From: Minisyncoccota bacterium
GTDB taxonomy: Bacteria; Patescibacteriota; Minisyncoccia; Phycocordibacterales; JABAAK01
DNA length: 64,000 bases
Assembly: GCA_958295675.1 (NCBI GenBank)
Contig: OY282360.1
Coordinates: 125,810 to 189,809 of the forward strand
Direction: 5' to 3'
This document shows, in pieces, positions 54,053-62,719 of this stretch; position 1 is the first letter of the stretch; each line of letters begins with the position of its first letter. A program made the translations under genes and the position numbers. Under the pieces are notes generated by a model that saw only the letters and a list, made by a program, of their open reading frames with translations, searched no databases and had not been told where the DNA came from.

Positions 54053-54655
54053 ATGAAAAAGCACATATCAGAGAAAAGGCAAAAATCACAAAAAGATTTG
54101 ATATTGGAGTTTTTCAAAAAACACCCTAACAAGGATATATCACACCCAGAAGTTGTGGATTGGGCAACGAAGACATGGAAAAGGCAAACTGGCAGAGTTC
54201 TGCGAGATCCGGATAGAGCAGTTCGGATTTTACATGAAGAGGGGTATTTAATCAAAGTTGAAAAAGGTGTGTATCGCTACAATCCAAAGTCTGCCACTAA
54301 AAAGAAACAGCAGAATTTTACCGAAGTTCAAAAAAAGAAAATCTTAAAAAGAGATGGAAACAAATGCGTAATTTGCGGAAAAGGTAAGAAGGAAGGGATG
54401 GAGTTACATGTTGATCATATAAAACCAAAAGATCGTGGCGGTGAAGCAACTATAAGTAATGGACAAACTCTTTGTTCACAGCATAACTTTATGAAGAAAA
54501 ATGTAGATCAGACAGAAACAGGAAAGAAAATGTTCATTAGATTATACACACTTGCGAAAAAGGAGAAAAATAAAGGTTTACAAAAGTTTTGTGCTGATAT
54601 CCTAAAGACATACAAAAAACACAATGTAAATGGACATATTGAATGGGAAAAATAA
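54053..54655 (+). CDS. HNH endonuclease, probable cognate restriction enzyme
   Basis: RDG.KCVICG, HVDHIKP...GG...N.Q.LC..HN. Confidence 0.9.
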   Translation: MKKHISEKRQKSQKDLILEFFKKHPNKDISHPEVVDWATKTWKRQTGRVLRDPDRAVRILHEEGYLIKVEKGVYRYNPKSATKKKQQNFTEVQKKKILKRDGNKCVICGKGKKEGMELHVDHIKPKDRGGEATISNGQTLCSQHNFMKKNVDQTETGKKMFIRLYTLAKKEKNKGLQKFCADILKTYKKHNVNGHIEWEK

Positions 54656-54722
54656 CAATTATTTCCGGCTTCGCACTATTGGTGAATAGGATTTTCAATG
54701 AAGGCAGATTGGATGAACATTC

Positions 54723-54856
54723 AGTATGTTCAAAAATGGAACATACTCCAAGGTGAATTGAGCGAAAATTCAACTATTAAGGATTTCTTAATAGTTCAAG
54801 AAATTTATTACAAAAACTGAAAAGAAGAGCCAACTTGTGCAAAATTTGCACAAGTT
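54723..54856. repeat. Three tandem 25-bp palindromes: C (54723-54747), A2 (54772-54796), B3 (54832-54856)
   Basis: AGTATGTTC-N7-GAACATACT; AACTATTAAG-N5-CTTAATAGTT; AACTTGTGCAAA-A-TTTGCACAAGTT. Confidence 0.88.
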
Positions 54857-54992
54857 CAAAAAAAGAGAGCAGATGAGTTGGAATCCAGTGGATGGCGTTT
54901 GTTCATGGAGGTTTTCTTGCTCATTTGAATTGTTGCGGTCTATGCGGTACTATGTGAGGATATGCCCGAAGAGGAGAACTTAATAAATAAAC

Positions 54993-55700
54993 ATGGAAGA
55001 TACAGAGAAACATAAGGAATGGATTAAAGTGAATAAACAAAAGGTAATTGATCATTTTTGTTCCGGCATTGAACAGAGTGAATCCCCACTTGCCATTTTC
55101 ATGTGTGGATCTTCAGGTGCTGGTAAGACCGAAGAGGCGCGGAGATTAAAAGAGCATTTTGAAAAAAAGGGCACCAATCCGCATTTCGTGCATATTGACC
55201 AGGACATAGTAAAGGGGATGATTCCTGGATATAGTGGAGAGAATGCGGATATGTTTCAAGGTGCGGCATCAATCGGTGTTGATAAGATTCTCGATTACTG
55301 TTATAAGAAAAAATTACATTTTATTTTGGATTCCACCTTTTCTAGATACCCAAAAGCACAAAAAAATATAGCACGGGCTATCAAACAAAAAAGGCGTATA
55401 TTTATCATATATATTTACCAAGATCCTGAAGTGACCTGGAATTTTGTAGAAAATAGGAGAAAGGTTGAAAAGCGAAAAGTACCAATCGATGCTTTTGCAA
55501 ATTCTTACTTTGGCGCGTTTAAAACCATCAAGAAAATAAAGGAAGAGTATAAAACAAAGGTGTTATTGACTGTGGTAAACAAAGATACCGGCAAACAATA
55601 TATGAATGTGACAGGGGTTGACTCATATGTAAAAATGAAATACTCTAATAGTAAGAATCTAATAAAAAAACTTACAGAAGGAAACAATAAAATCACCTAA
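54993..55700 (+). CDS. Zeta-toxin family P-loop kinase
   Basis: FMCGSSGAGKTE, IDQD, LDSTF, R...RKVP. Confidence 0.85.
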   Translation: MEDTEKHKEWIKVNKQKVIDHFCSGIEQSESPLAIFMCGSSGAGKTEEARRLKEHFEKKGTNPHFVHIDQDIVKGMIPGYSGENADMFQGAASIGVDKILDYCYKKKLHFILDSTFSRYPKAQKNIARAIKQKRRIFIIYIYQDPEVTWNFVENRRKVEKRKVPIDAFANSYFGAFKTIKKIKEEYKTKVLLTVVNKDTGKQYMNVTGVDSYVKMKYSNSKNLIKKLTEGNNKIT

Positions 55701-55706
55701 AATAGT

Positions 55707-55895
55707 ATGAATTTTATCAAAATCATTTTCACATTTGGGAAAAGCAGGCAGGATGATGTAGCACATCCGAGTTCATTATTTGGTGTTTCCGCTCGGGAAG
55801 AAAAGAAAATTTGGAAAGAGATAACAAGGAAAGCAACTGAAGATCAGGAAAAGGTTACCAGAAAGGCAAACGCAATGAAGACAAGGAGCTTATAA
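55707..55895 (+). CDS. Small basic protein, possible zeta-toxin partner
   Basis: 62 aa, starts 6 bp after zeta-toxin stop. Confidence 0.55.
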   Translation: MNFIKIIFTFGKSRQDDVAHPSSLFGVSAREEKKIWKEITRKATEDQEKVTRKANAMKTRSL

Positions 55896-55920
55896 ACAGG
55901 TATCTGTTTATCCCGCACCG

Positions 55921-56304
55921 TTAAAAATAATACGCCCTGATTGCATCCACGCATGTGTTCCATCTCTCCTCACCTAATTTTTTCGTTGTTTTTCCGTATT
56001 TCAGATTTTCTCTCGGGAACAGGTAGCAGAGTGTGATTTTCTTGTGCAGGGTATCTATGACACACAGCATTCTGAAAGCATTTTTTCCTTTGATGCCCGG
56101 ATTCGGCAGATGTATATCCCATATCCCGACATTGCTATTCTTATAATATATCCTTTTAGATCTGCTCGTTACGACACATTCAAATGTCTCCAGTACCTGT
56201 GTTAAATTTTCTTTAAATTTTGAAGATAGTTTCTTACTGTCCGTGAATCTGTAGAAATCTTTTTCTGAGGTATGATATGCAATGCTGTTTTTTAGCGTGG
56301 GCAT
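55921..56304 (-). CDS. Putative RelE/HigB-like toxin
   Basis: Downstream of Panacea antitoxin; IW.I...GK..FR.L...I.L..F pattern. Confidence 0.6.
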   Translation of the reverse strand: MPTLKNSIAYHTSEKDFYRFTDSKKLSSKFKENLTQVLETFECVVTSRSKRIYYKNSNVGIWDIHLPNPGIKGKNAFRMLCVIDTLHKKITLCYLFPRENLKYGKTTKKLGEERWNTCVDAIRAYYF

Positions 56305-56320
56305 GAGATTCCTTCATAGA

Positions 56321-56800
56321 TCAAATAATATCTATATCAGTCGCATATTTGTACCGTATATTCTCACCGGGTGATGAGTAAAACCACGGTGCTTCAAGGT
56401 GTGTCTGCGCTATGATTTTTTTGGTGTTCCATGTTTTAAATTTCCTGCATATTTTCTCAAGCAATTCTTTTTCTGTTTTGGTGAAAACGCTCATGGACGG
56501 TTCAGATTTCGCCCGATAGCGCACCTTGTGTCCTCCTTCGTCAAGGAGCACCTCCTCCCGTTCTATGACATTGTCTCCGACAAGCGATGAGATAATTTCC
56601 CGCGCTTTTTTGGGGACCGGACCGAAGTCCAGATGGCAGTAGACATCTCCCGTGACACTTTTGCCCCGTTCCCGGTGATTGACGAAGTCAAAGTAGTAGA
56701 GCAGCTTGTTCAGCTTTGTTTCCCCAAGATACTGGTTATTGCAGTGCTTGATGAAATAGAGCACTGTATGTTTATATTTTTTTTCCTGCTGTTTGTCCAT
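56321..56800 (-). CDS. Panacea/SocA (DUF4065) antitoxin
   Basis: KLNKLLYY.D, GPVP, TH...PW. Confidence 0.88.
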   Translation of the reverse strand: MDKQQEKKYKHTVLYFIKHCNNQYLGETKLNKLLYYFDFVNHRERGKSVTGDVYCHLDFGPVPKKAREIISSLVGDNVIEREEVLLDEGGHKVRYRAKSEPSMSVFTKTEKELLEKICRKFKTWNTKKIIAQTHLEAPWFYSSPGENIRYKYATDIDII

Positions 56801-56951
56801 GGTGTGACTGCACAGTAGTAGTATACAACCTTTCTTTTGCACGCACAAATGTTTGGCGCACGGTGTGCATTATTGTCAAAAATGAGTATACTATGACACA
56901 TGCCATTGCAGAATGAGCATGTTCTTTTAACTCACACCGAAAGGAGGAACC

Positions 56952-58172
56952 ATGAGAAATATGCTTGGAGCGGGGTTGTTTCTGTTGCTCGTTGCATGCA
57001 GTGGAGGCGGAAACATCAGCAATGATTCTGAAAAAACCAGGATCGTGCCGGAAAAACCGTATGCCGTGCTTGAAGAGGGCGATGAAGATCTTTCCCATGT
57101 CATCCGGTTGCTTGAGCAGGTTACATGGAGATCAATAACGGTCGGCAGTACTGCTCCCGGCATGCTGTTGGACGAATTGAAGACCGCGCTGGAAGGAAAC
57201 GATCGCAGATTGAGCAATCTTGCGGAAGACATGATGCGGAGCTATCAGTTCATGATCAACGATCGGGAAGAAACAATCAATCTGTGGGCACCGCGGCTGA
57301 TGGATATCGGTATTTCCGAAAGCGCGCCGTACGACGAGATCGTTCGCATAGCGGAAGGTATCGGTCTCAGGTTGCTCCCGCACGATGCCGCCGCGCAATT
57401 GGTGCTGCAGCATGACACGGCAGGCGTGTACGAGCATTTCATTGCCACAGCCCCTGTTGACGGGGAAGACGGCAATCCGCGTGTTTTTTCCGTGTCGCGC
57501 GGCTCTGTCGGAAGCAGGGATGTTTCCGATCAGGTAGAATGGCGCGCATGTGAACAGTGGGTGTTTCAGATTCCGGACGGGGTGAATATTGAAAGTTATC
57601 TTTCATTGTTCAAGTACCAATGGGATACGAAACACTGGCGCAATGATCGGGCAATTCTGAAAACGGTCAGTGTGTCCGGCAGGCAGCCGAATCAGCTGCT
57701 GGCGGCGCATGAGGAGCGGGACATTTTTGTCAGCGGCGGCGCGAAGAACATACTGGAGGCACTGGAAGTGCTGCCGGCTGTTGTTGAAGCGGGTGATGAA
57801 ATTGATCTGATCGCCGTCTCGGTCGGTGAGCTCGGTTTTGAGTTCGCCACCTTTCCGGAGATCGTTGAGCGCGCGGAAGAGCGCGGATTAGCACTTGTCC
57901 CGCCCGAAATCGGTCCTGAATTCCGTCTTCAGTATCCTGAGCAGCAGGCGAACGAATGGTTGTTTATCGGCATGGAACCGGTACAGACACCCTCCCTGCC
58001 GAGGATTTTCCTCGTCGTGCAGGATATCGGCATTGAGCCGGACGACAGCAGAAATCGTCCGTGGTTGCTGAGTGTCGCCATGTGGGAAGGACGGGTGTTT
58101 CAGGAGTGCGATTGGTTTGTCTTCGGGAAACCGAGACAGCGGGCAAGCGCGCGAATACCGAGAATGCGGTAA
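56952..58172 (+). CDS. Lipoprotein with two copies of an uncharacterised ~170-aa domain
   Basis: Lipobox LVAC; AAGGAGG SD; repeated EIV..AE..GL.L.P...PR.F.V...W....W.F. Confidence 0.8.
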   Translation: MRNMLGAGLFLLLVACSGGGNISNDSEKTRIVPEKPYAVLEEGDEDLSHVIRLLEQVTWRSITVGSTAPGMLLDELKTALEGNDRRLSNLAEDMMRSYQFMINDREETINLWAPRLMDIGISESAPYDEIVRIAEGIGLRLLPHDAAAQLVLQHDTAGVYEHFIATAPVDGEDGNPRVFSVSRGSVGSRDVSDQVEWRACEQWVFQIPDGVNIESYLSLFKYQWDTKHWRNDRAILKTVSVSGRQPNQLLAAHEERDIFVSGGAKNILEALEVLPAVVEAGDEIDLIAVSVGELGFEFATFPEIVERAEERGLALVPPEIGPEFRLQYPEQQANEWLFIGMEPVQTPSLPRIFLVVQDIGIEPDDSRNRPWLLSVAMWEGRVFQECDWFVFGKPRQRASARIPRMR

Positions 58173-58185
58173 TCCGTCGCACTAC

Positions 58186-58218
58186 ATACATCCGACTGAT
58201 GCAGTCGGATGTATTTTT
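58186..58218 (+). terminator. Intrinsic terminator
   Basis: ATACATCCGACTG-ATG-CAGTCGGATGTAT plus T-run. Confidence 0.8.
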
Positions 58219-58251
58219 TGTATATATATGCACCTGCCGAAAAATAGCGTA

Positions 58252-59466
58252 TCACTCCAGCACCTGATAGCGTTTCTTCAGTTCTAAAATGCGGTTCGCT
58301 GATGTGTAAATCTGCTCTTCAGACACATCGCCGTCGCGCACCGCGTCCATGACGGCATCCCGAACTTCGTACACATGAGCAAGGTCATAGGTGCCGATCT
58401 GGTTGGCAAGCAGAATGATGTCAACGCCCGCCTGTATTGTTTTAACCGCCGCTTCCGCCAGTCCGTATGCTTCAACAATGGCACCCATCTGCATGTCGTC
58501 TGAGATAACGACACCGTCAAAGCCGAGTTCATTCCGCAGAAGTTCTGTGATAATCGCGTATGACAGTGTTCCCGGCAGACCGTCCTGTTCCAGATTTCTG
58601 TTCACAATGTGCGCGGTCATAACAGGGTCGGTGTAGCCGTTTTTGATAAGGAGGCGGTACGGTTCCAGTTCCTTATCCCGATCGTAGGTGTCCGTCACAT
58701 CAGTCACGCCGAGGTGCGTGTCGCCCGAAGCGCTGCCGTGTCCGGGGAAATGCTTTATTGCCGGGATGATGTTCTGCGCGTGCAGTCCGTCAATAAACGC
58801 GCCGGCATGCGCCGCGACAACTTCAGGATCATCGCTGAACGATCGCTCTATATTGCCGATAGCGGGACTTGTCGGATCTATATTGACATCAACGACCGGA
58901 GCGAAGTTCCAGTTAATGCCCGCATCACGCAGTTCTCCGGCAAGTTCCTCGGCGATACGCCGCGTTTCGGAAGAAGCACCGGCACCGAGTTTCTGGGCAG
59001 ACGGCACCACAACGGGAAAGCCGTACTTTTTCTTCAACCGGTTAACATAGCCGCCTTCCGCGTCAACCGCGATAAACAGGGGAGTCGAGGACATGCGCTG
59101 CAGTTGTTCAGTGAGGGATCGTACCTGTTCGGGTGACTCTATATTCCGTGTTTCCTCGCCTTTGCTCGGCAGATCGTAATCAAACAGCACCACGCCGCCG
59201 GGCTTGATATCCCGCAGCACCGTTTCAACCGCATCGCCCGCCTCACGGCCACGAAAGCCGATCATCAGCATCTGTCCGACCGCTTCCTGCAATGTCAGCG
59301 TCTCATTTTCTTCGGGTGGCGGAGGAGGCACATCCCGCGCTGTGCCGCGATAGATAAAGACAGATCCGATGATAAGCAGAGCAACAAGAATCCATAGTAT
59401 CGTCATCCCGGACTTTGTTTCTTCCTTTTGCGTTTTGTTCTCTGCTGTATCCGTGCCTTCCTGCAT
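58252..59466 (-). CDS. GH3 glycoside hydrolase (NagZ-like), membrane-anchored
   Basis: VDAEGG.V.RL, APVVD, KHFPGHG...DTH, MTAH, SDDMQM. Confidence 0.93.
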   Translation of the reverse strand: MQEGTDTAENKTQKEETKSGMTILWILVALLIIGSVFIYRGTARDVPPPPPEENETLTLQEAVGQMLMIGFRGREAGDAVETVLRDIKPGGVVLFDYDLPSKGEETRNIESPEQVRSLTEQLQRMSSTPLFIAVDAEGGYVNRLKKKYGFPVVVPSAQKLGAGASSETRRIAEELAGELRDAGINWNFAPVVDVNIDPTSPAIGNIERSFSDDPEVVAAHAGAFIDGLHAQNIIPAIKHFPGHGSASGDTHLGVTDVTDTYDRDKELEPYRLLIKNGYTDPVMTAHIVNRNLEQDGLPGTLSYAIITELLRNELGFDGVVISDDMQMGAIVEAYGLAEAAVKTIQAGVDIILLANQIGTYDLAHVYEVRDAVMDAVRDGDVSEEQIYTSANRILELKKRYQVLE

Positions 59467-59521
59467 ACATGCACTATACCACGCTACCGCATATATGGAA
59501 TATGTACTATATTGGGTTATT

Positions 59522-60016
59522 ATGGATCAGAAAGAATTAAAAGAAATCATTGAGAGGGCATGGGATGCTGTAAAGAAAAGGGAAGAGTGGGTAATAAAAA
59601 ATATTAATGTTTCTGAATGGGCAATATCCGCATCTTTATATTGTGAACTGCGGTGTGATAATAGGTTAAAGGAATGGGATATTCATGCAGAGTATAATAA
59701 GCAGGGAACGGATGAAAAACAGAAGAAAATGTCAGATGACAAACCAATACGACCTGATATTGTAATACACAGAGCCGGTAAGACAGATAAGTGTGACAAT
59801 TTGCTGTATATTGAAGTAAAAAAGGAAAAAGTAAAAAAGGAAAAGGGGGATGAAAATATATATCCTGAAGATATAGAAAAATGTGAGGATGTTACCGATG
59901 TGCCAGGAGGAGAAAGAAGTTTTCAATATCAATATGCATTACTACTTGCTTACAACAAAGAAGAAGGCGATGCAACAATACGCTGGTTTAAGAATGGTAA
60001 GGAAATAGAAAATTAA
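59522..60016 (+). CDS. Small PD-(D/E)XK nuclease-like protein
   Basis: EYNK...RPDIVIHR...NLLYIEVKK. Confidence 0.75.
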   Translation: MDQKELKEIIERAWDAVKKREEWVIKNINVSEWAISASLYCELRCDNRLKEWDIHAEYNKQGTDEKQKKMSDDKPIRPDIVIHRAGKTDKCDNLLYIEVKKEKVKKEKGDENIYPEDIEKCEDVTDVPGGERSFQYQYALLLAYNKEEGDATIRWFKNGKEIEN

Positions 60017-60093
60017 ACAAGTTATGTAGAAAGCACTCTATGACAGGTTGCATTTAGAGTAAATACGCTACAATTTGAATACACGGGTAAAAA

Positions 60094-62112
60094 TTACTGA
60101 TACAACTCTTTCAGAATTTGGTATTGGGTTTTTCCTCGTTTTTCCTTTGAGTCAACAATCTGCTCTTTCCAGTTGACATCAACCTTATCCAAAATATACC
60201 CGAGTGCCGCACCGGTTGCATAGAGTATTCTGAAACTCAGCGAGTTAGCGCGCGCATCGCTTCCTTTGCTAATAATATCGTCCAGTGTAACGACAAAACT
60301 GAACGATTGTATGCCATAGAGATCAAACGATTGTGTACCTGTCTGCAGATTGGTGAATTTCAGTTCCACATACCTCGCTGTTCCTTCAATCGCTTCAATC
60401 AGCTCCTCTTTTTTCAGTTCAGGGTACGCGCTCATCCTTGCTTCCCGTTTTTGAATATATTGCCTTGCGAGCGCGGGAACATCCTCTTTTGATGCCAGAA
60501 CAAGTGCGTCCAACAGCGCGTACTCTTCTCTCAGTTCGGCGATGTACTCTTCACCGGTCGGATACTGGGCTATAAACCAATCTTGCACAGTTGGATCATC
60601 GTAGACCCAGCCCCGCTGCACATATGTATGAAAAGATTCGTGCAGCAAAAAGTTAGAGAAATCAAGTTTATCACTGTCATCTGTGAACCTATCGTTGTTG
60701 TATTTGAAATAGAAGTAATCGCCTGTTCCGTCACGGAATGAATATGCGCTGTTTTTCTTAAACAAAAAACCGAAGCTAGACGGGAACCATAGCGGCGCGG
60801 ATCCTGAAAAGAATAACGGAACCCGGTACACCGGACCGAAATTGAATGCATCGTCAAACGACACCTTCTTTGCAAATACAATCTTCTCGGCATCCGGATA
60901 CCGTATGAGGTAAGCATACTGCCAAAATGGGGATGTCTCCCTGTTAGTCCGTACCAACACCAGAGGAACTTCGTGAAATGCGTATCCGTCCCATAGTGTT
61001 GCTTCCTGTTCGGCAAACGCATCATGCAGGGCATCCAGTTCATGAAATACCTTTTTATCAATTTCCGGGAAACTCGCATACTGATCTCCCGCGGTAAAAA
61101 ACAGGGTATAGGAATATATGCTATATACAACAATCAAACTGGCAATTACACTAAAAATCACAATGAAGATTTTAGATAACAAGGATATATCAGACGATTG
61201 AATTTTTTCCAAGAATTCTTTTGGCAATCCCTTCACTGTGTTTGTATTTATATACAAATCAACTTTTTGTTTTTGATCATCAAGTAAACTTGTTGATTTT
61301 ACAACAAATATACCGTGTACATACTTCATGTTTTCTGAACAAAATGAGGAATCATAACTGTATTCATTTTTTGTAATTTCAATTTTCGTCTCCTCTCTTG
61401 ATAGTTGCCTACCGTCTTTTTTGGAATAAAGTAAATCCTCAAGGTTTTTATGAGAAAATCCTATTGCCCCAGTATCCCCAAAGATTTCTGTTATATCAAT
61501 GAGAAAAAAATTAAAATCTTCTTCATGACCCGCAATCTTTTTTAGTTGTTTTAGCTTGTTCTGTATAGAGTTTATTATCCTCAGATTTTTGATTTGGTGT
61601 TCTAGATCGCCATCTCTCCCTGTGTAAATTCGCATACGCGAGTAATCAATATTCTGCAAACCACTTTTTCCTTTTTTAGGAGAAACACATTCCACTCTAT
61701 ACTTCTCACCATTGTAGATGAATTCAAAGTCAAATCCACTACTCGGGTGTGATAGGGAACCAAACAGATTGCGAAAAAACAATAATGCCCCAACCTCAGA
61801 ATAAAAAGAAGATAGTTGTCTCAAGAATTCATTAGGATCGGTGCATTTAATCAATGCTTCCAATTCTGAGATACCACCCCACTTAATGTATTCCTTTATT
61901 TTTGGTATAACCTCTTTTTCATATCGATCAAAATGTTTTCCTTTGCCATAATATATATCGTTATATTCTTCATCTGTTGATATTTTTTTAAAGCCGATTA
62001 TCTCGCCTGTAGGATCAGTATCATCAACAATCGGTTTTTTCCAATTTTCAGAATTACTCTTGTGAAACTTCTTGTATTTCTCCAAGAAATTGTTCAATAT
62101 ATCCTCACACAT
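60094..62112 (-). CDS. Chimeric ORF: AT-rich nuclease-like domain + TM + HExxH metallopeptidase-like domain
   Basis: FDF...VECV in N-half; TM near aa 315-340; LLHESFH...EG.A.Y in C-half. Confidence 0.7.
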   Translation of the reverse strand: MCEDILNNFLEKYKKFHKSNSENWKKPIVDDTDPTGEIIGFKKISTDEEYNDIYYGKGKHFDRYEKEVIPKIKEYIKWGGISELEALIKCTDPNEFLRQLSSFYSEVGALLFFRNLFGSLSHPSSGFDFEFIYNGEKYRVECVSPKKGKSGLQNIDYSRMRIYTGRDGDLEHQIKNLRIINSIQNKLKQLKKIAGHEEDFNFFLIDITEIFGDTGAIGFSHKNLEDLLYSKKDGRQLSREETKIEITKNEYSYDSSFCSENMKYVHGIFVVKSTSLLDDQKQKVDLYINTNTVKGLPKEFLEKIQSSDISLLSKIFIVIFSVIASLIVVYSIYSYTLFFTAGDQYASFPEIDKKVFHELDALHDAFAEQEATLWDGYAFHEVPLVLVRTNRETSPFWQYAYLIRYPDAEKIVFAKKVSFDDAFNFGPVYRVPLFFSGSAPLWFPSSFGFLFKKNSAYSFRDGTGDYFYFKYNNDRFTDDSDKLDFSNFLLHESFHTYVQRGWVYDDPTVQDWFIAQYPTGEEYIAELREEYALLDALVLASKEDVPALARQYIQKREARMSAYPELKKEELIEAIEGTARYVELKFTNLQTGTQSFDLYGIQSFSFVVTLDDIISKGSDARANSLSFRILYATGAALGYILDKVDVNWKEQIVDSKEKRGKTQYQILKELYQ

Positions 62113-62150
62113 AAATGGAAATGCCGTTGCTTGGTTGAGTATCAGGCATG

Positions 62151-62432
62151 TTATTTTTTCTTATTGCGCGGTGGTATATGCTTTTTTATTTCTTGGCGTT
62201 CTAAACGCTCAGCGGCATCTTTAGTTGGTGTTATGCGGTACTGAAACTGTGTTCCTTTCTGAAAACGACCCTTGTGTTCTTCAATTCGGTCATCCAGCCG
62301 ACCACCCTTTGCTTTTCCAATATATAGAACATTGTCTTGAGCATCTTTAATACGGTATACACCCGGTTTATCACCCGGCACACTGGCAAGATTTTTCTTA
62401 TTAATAGGTTGAGTCTTACTAAATATTTTCAT
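62151..62432 (-). CDS. Stand-alone GIY-YIG nuclease domain
   Basis: PGVY.I....LYIGKA...R...H...E...I....P..N. Confidence 0.85.
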   Translation of the reverse strand: MKIFSKTQPINKKNLASVPGDKPGVYRIKDAQDNVLYIGKAKGGRLDDRIEEHKGRFQKGTQFQYRITPTKDAAERLERQEIKKHIPPRNKKK

Positions 62433-62719
62433 CAATAGTAGCGTAGCACATTTACTGCACAATTTTCCTTTCAGGTGGTCACAGGTTGGTGCCGTTCAGG
62501 CGATTATACTTGCTCAAATTATAGCACGGAAGTTGAAAGGGTATTTTGAGAACAACACGCCTGTTTCGTATGGCACATCATGTTTATCATCAAGAGACAT
62601 ATTTGCACCAGGTTGGCTGTTGTGCTTCCAAGGAAAATCAAGTTTTCACCTGCTGTTGAATATACTGCATACACCATTTTAACTCACAGCATTCCCATTA
62701 ATATGTTCAATCATATACT

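Noticed and set aside
50851-54890. CRISPR array or integron attC interpretation of the palindromes
   Set aside because: The repeats are of three types, irregularly spaced, with no cas operon. They are AAC...GTT bounded but far shorter than attC sites, lack L boxes, and no intI is present.
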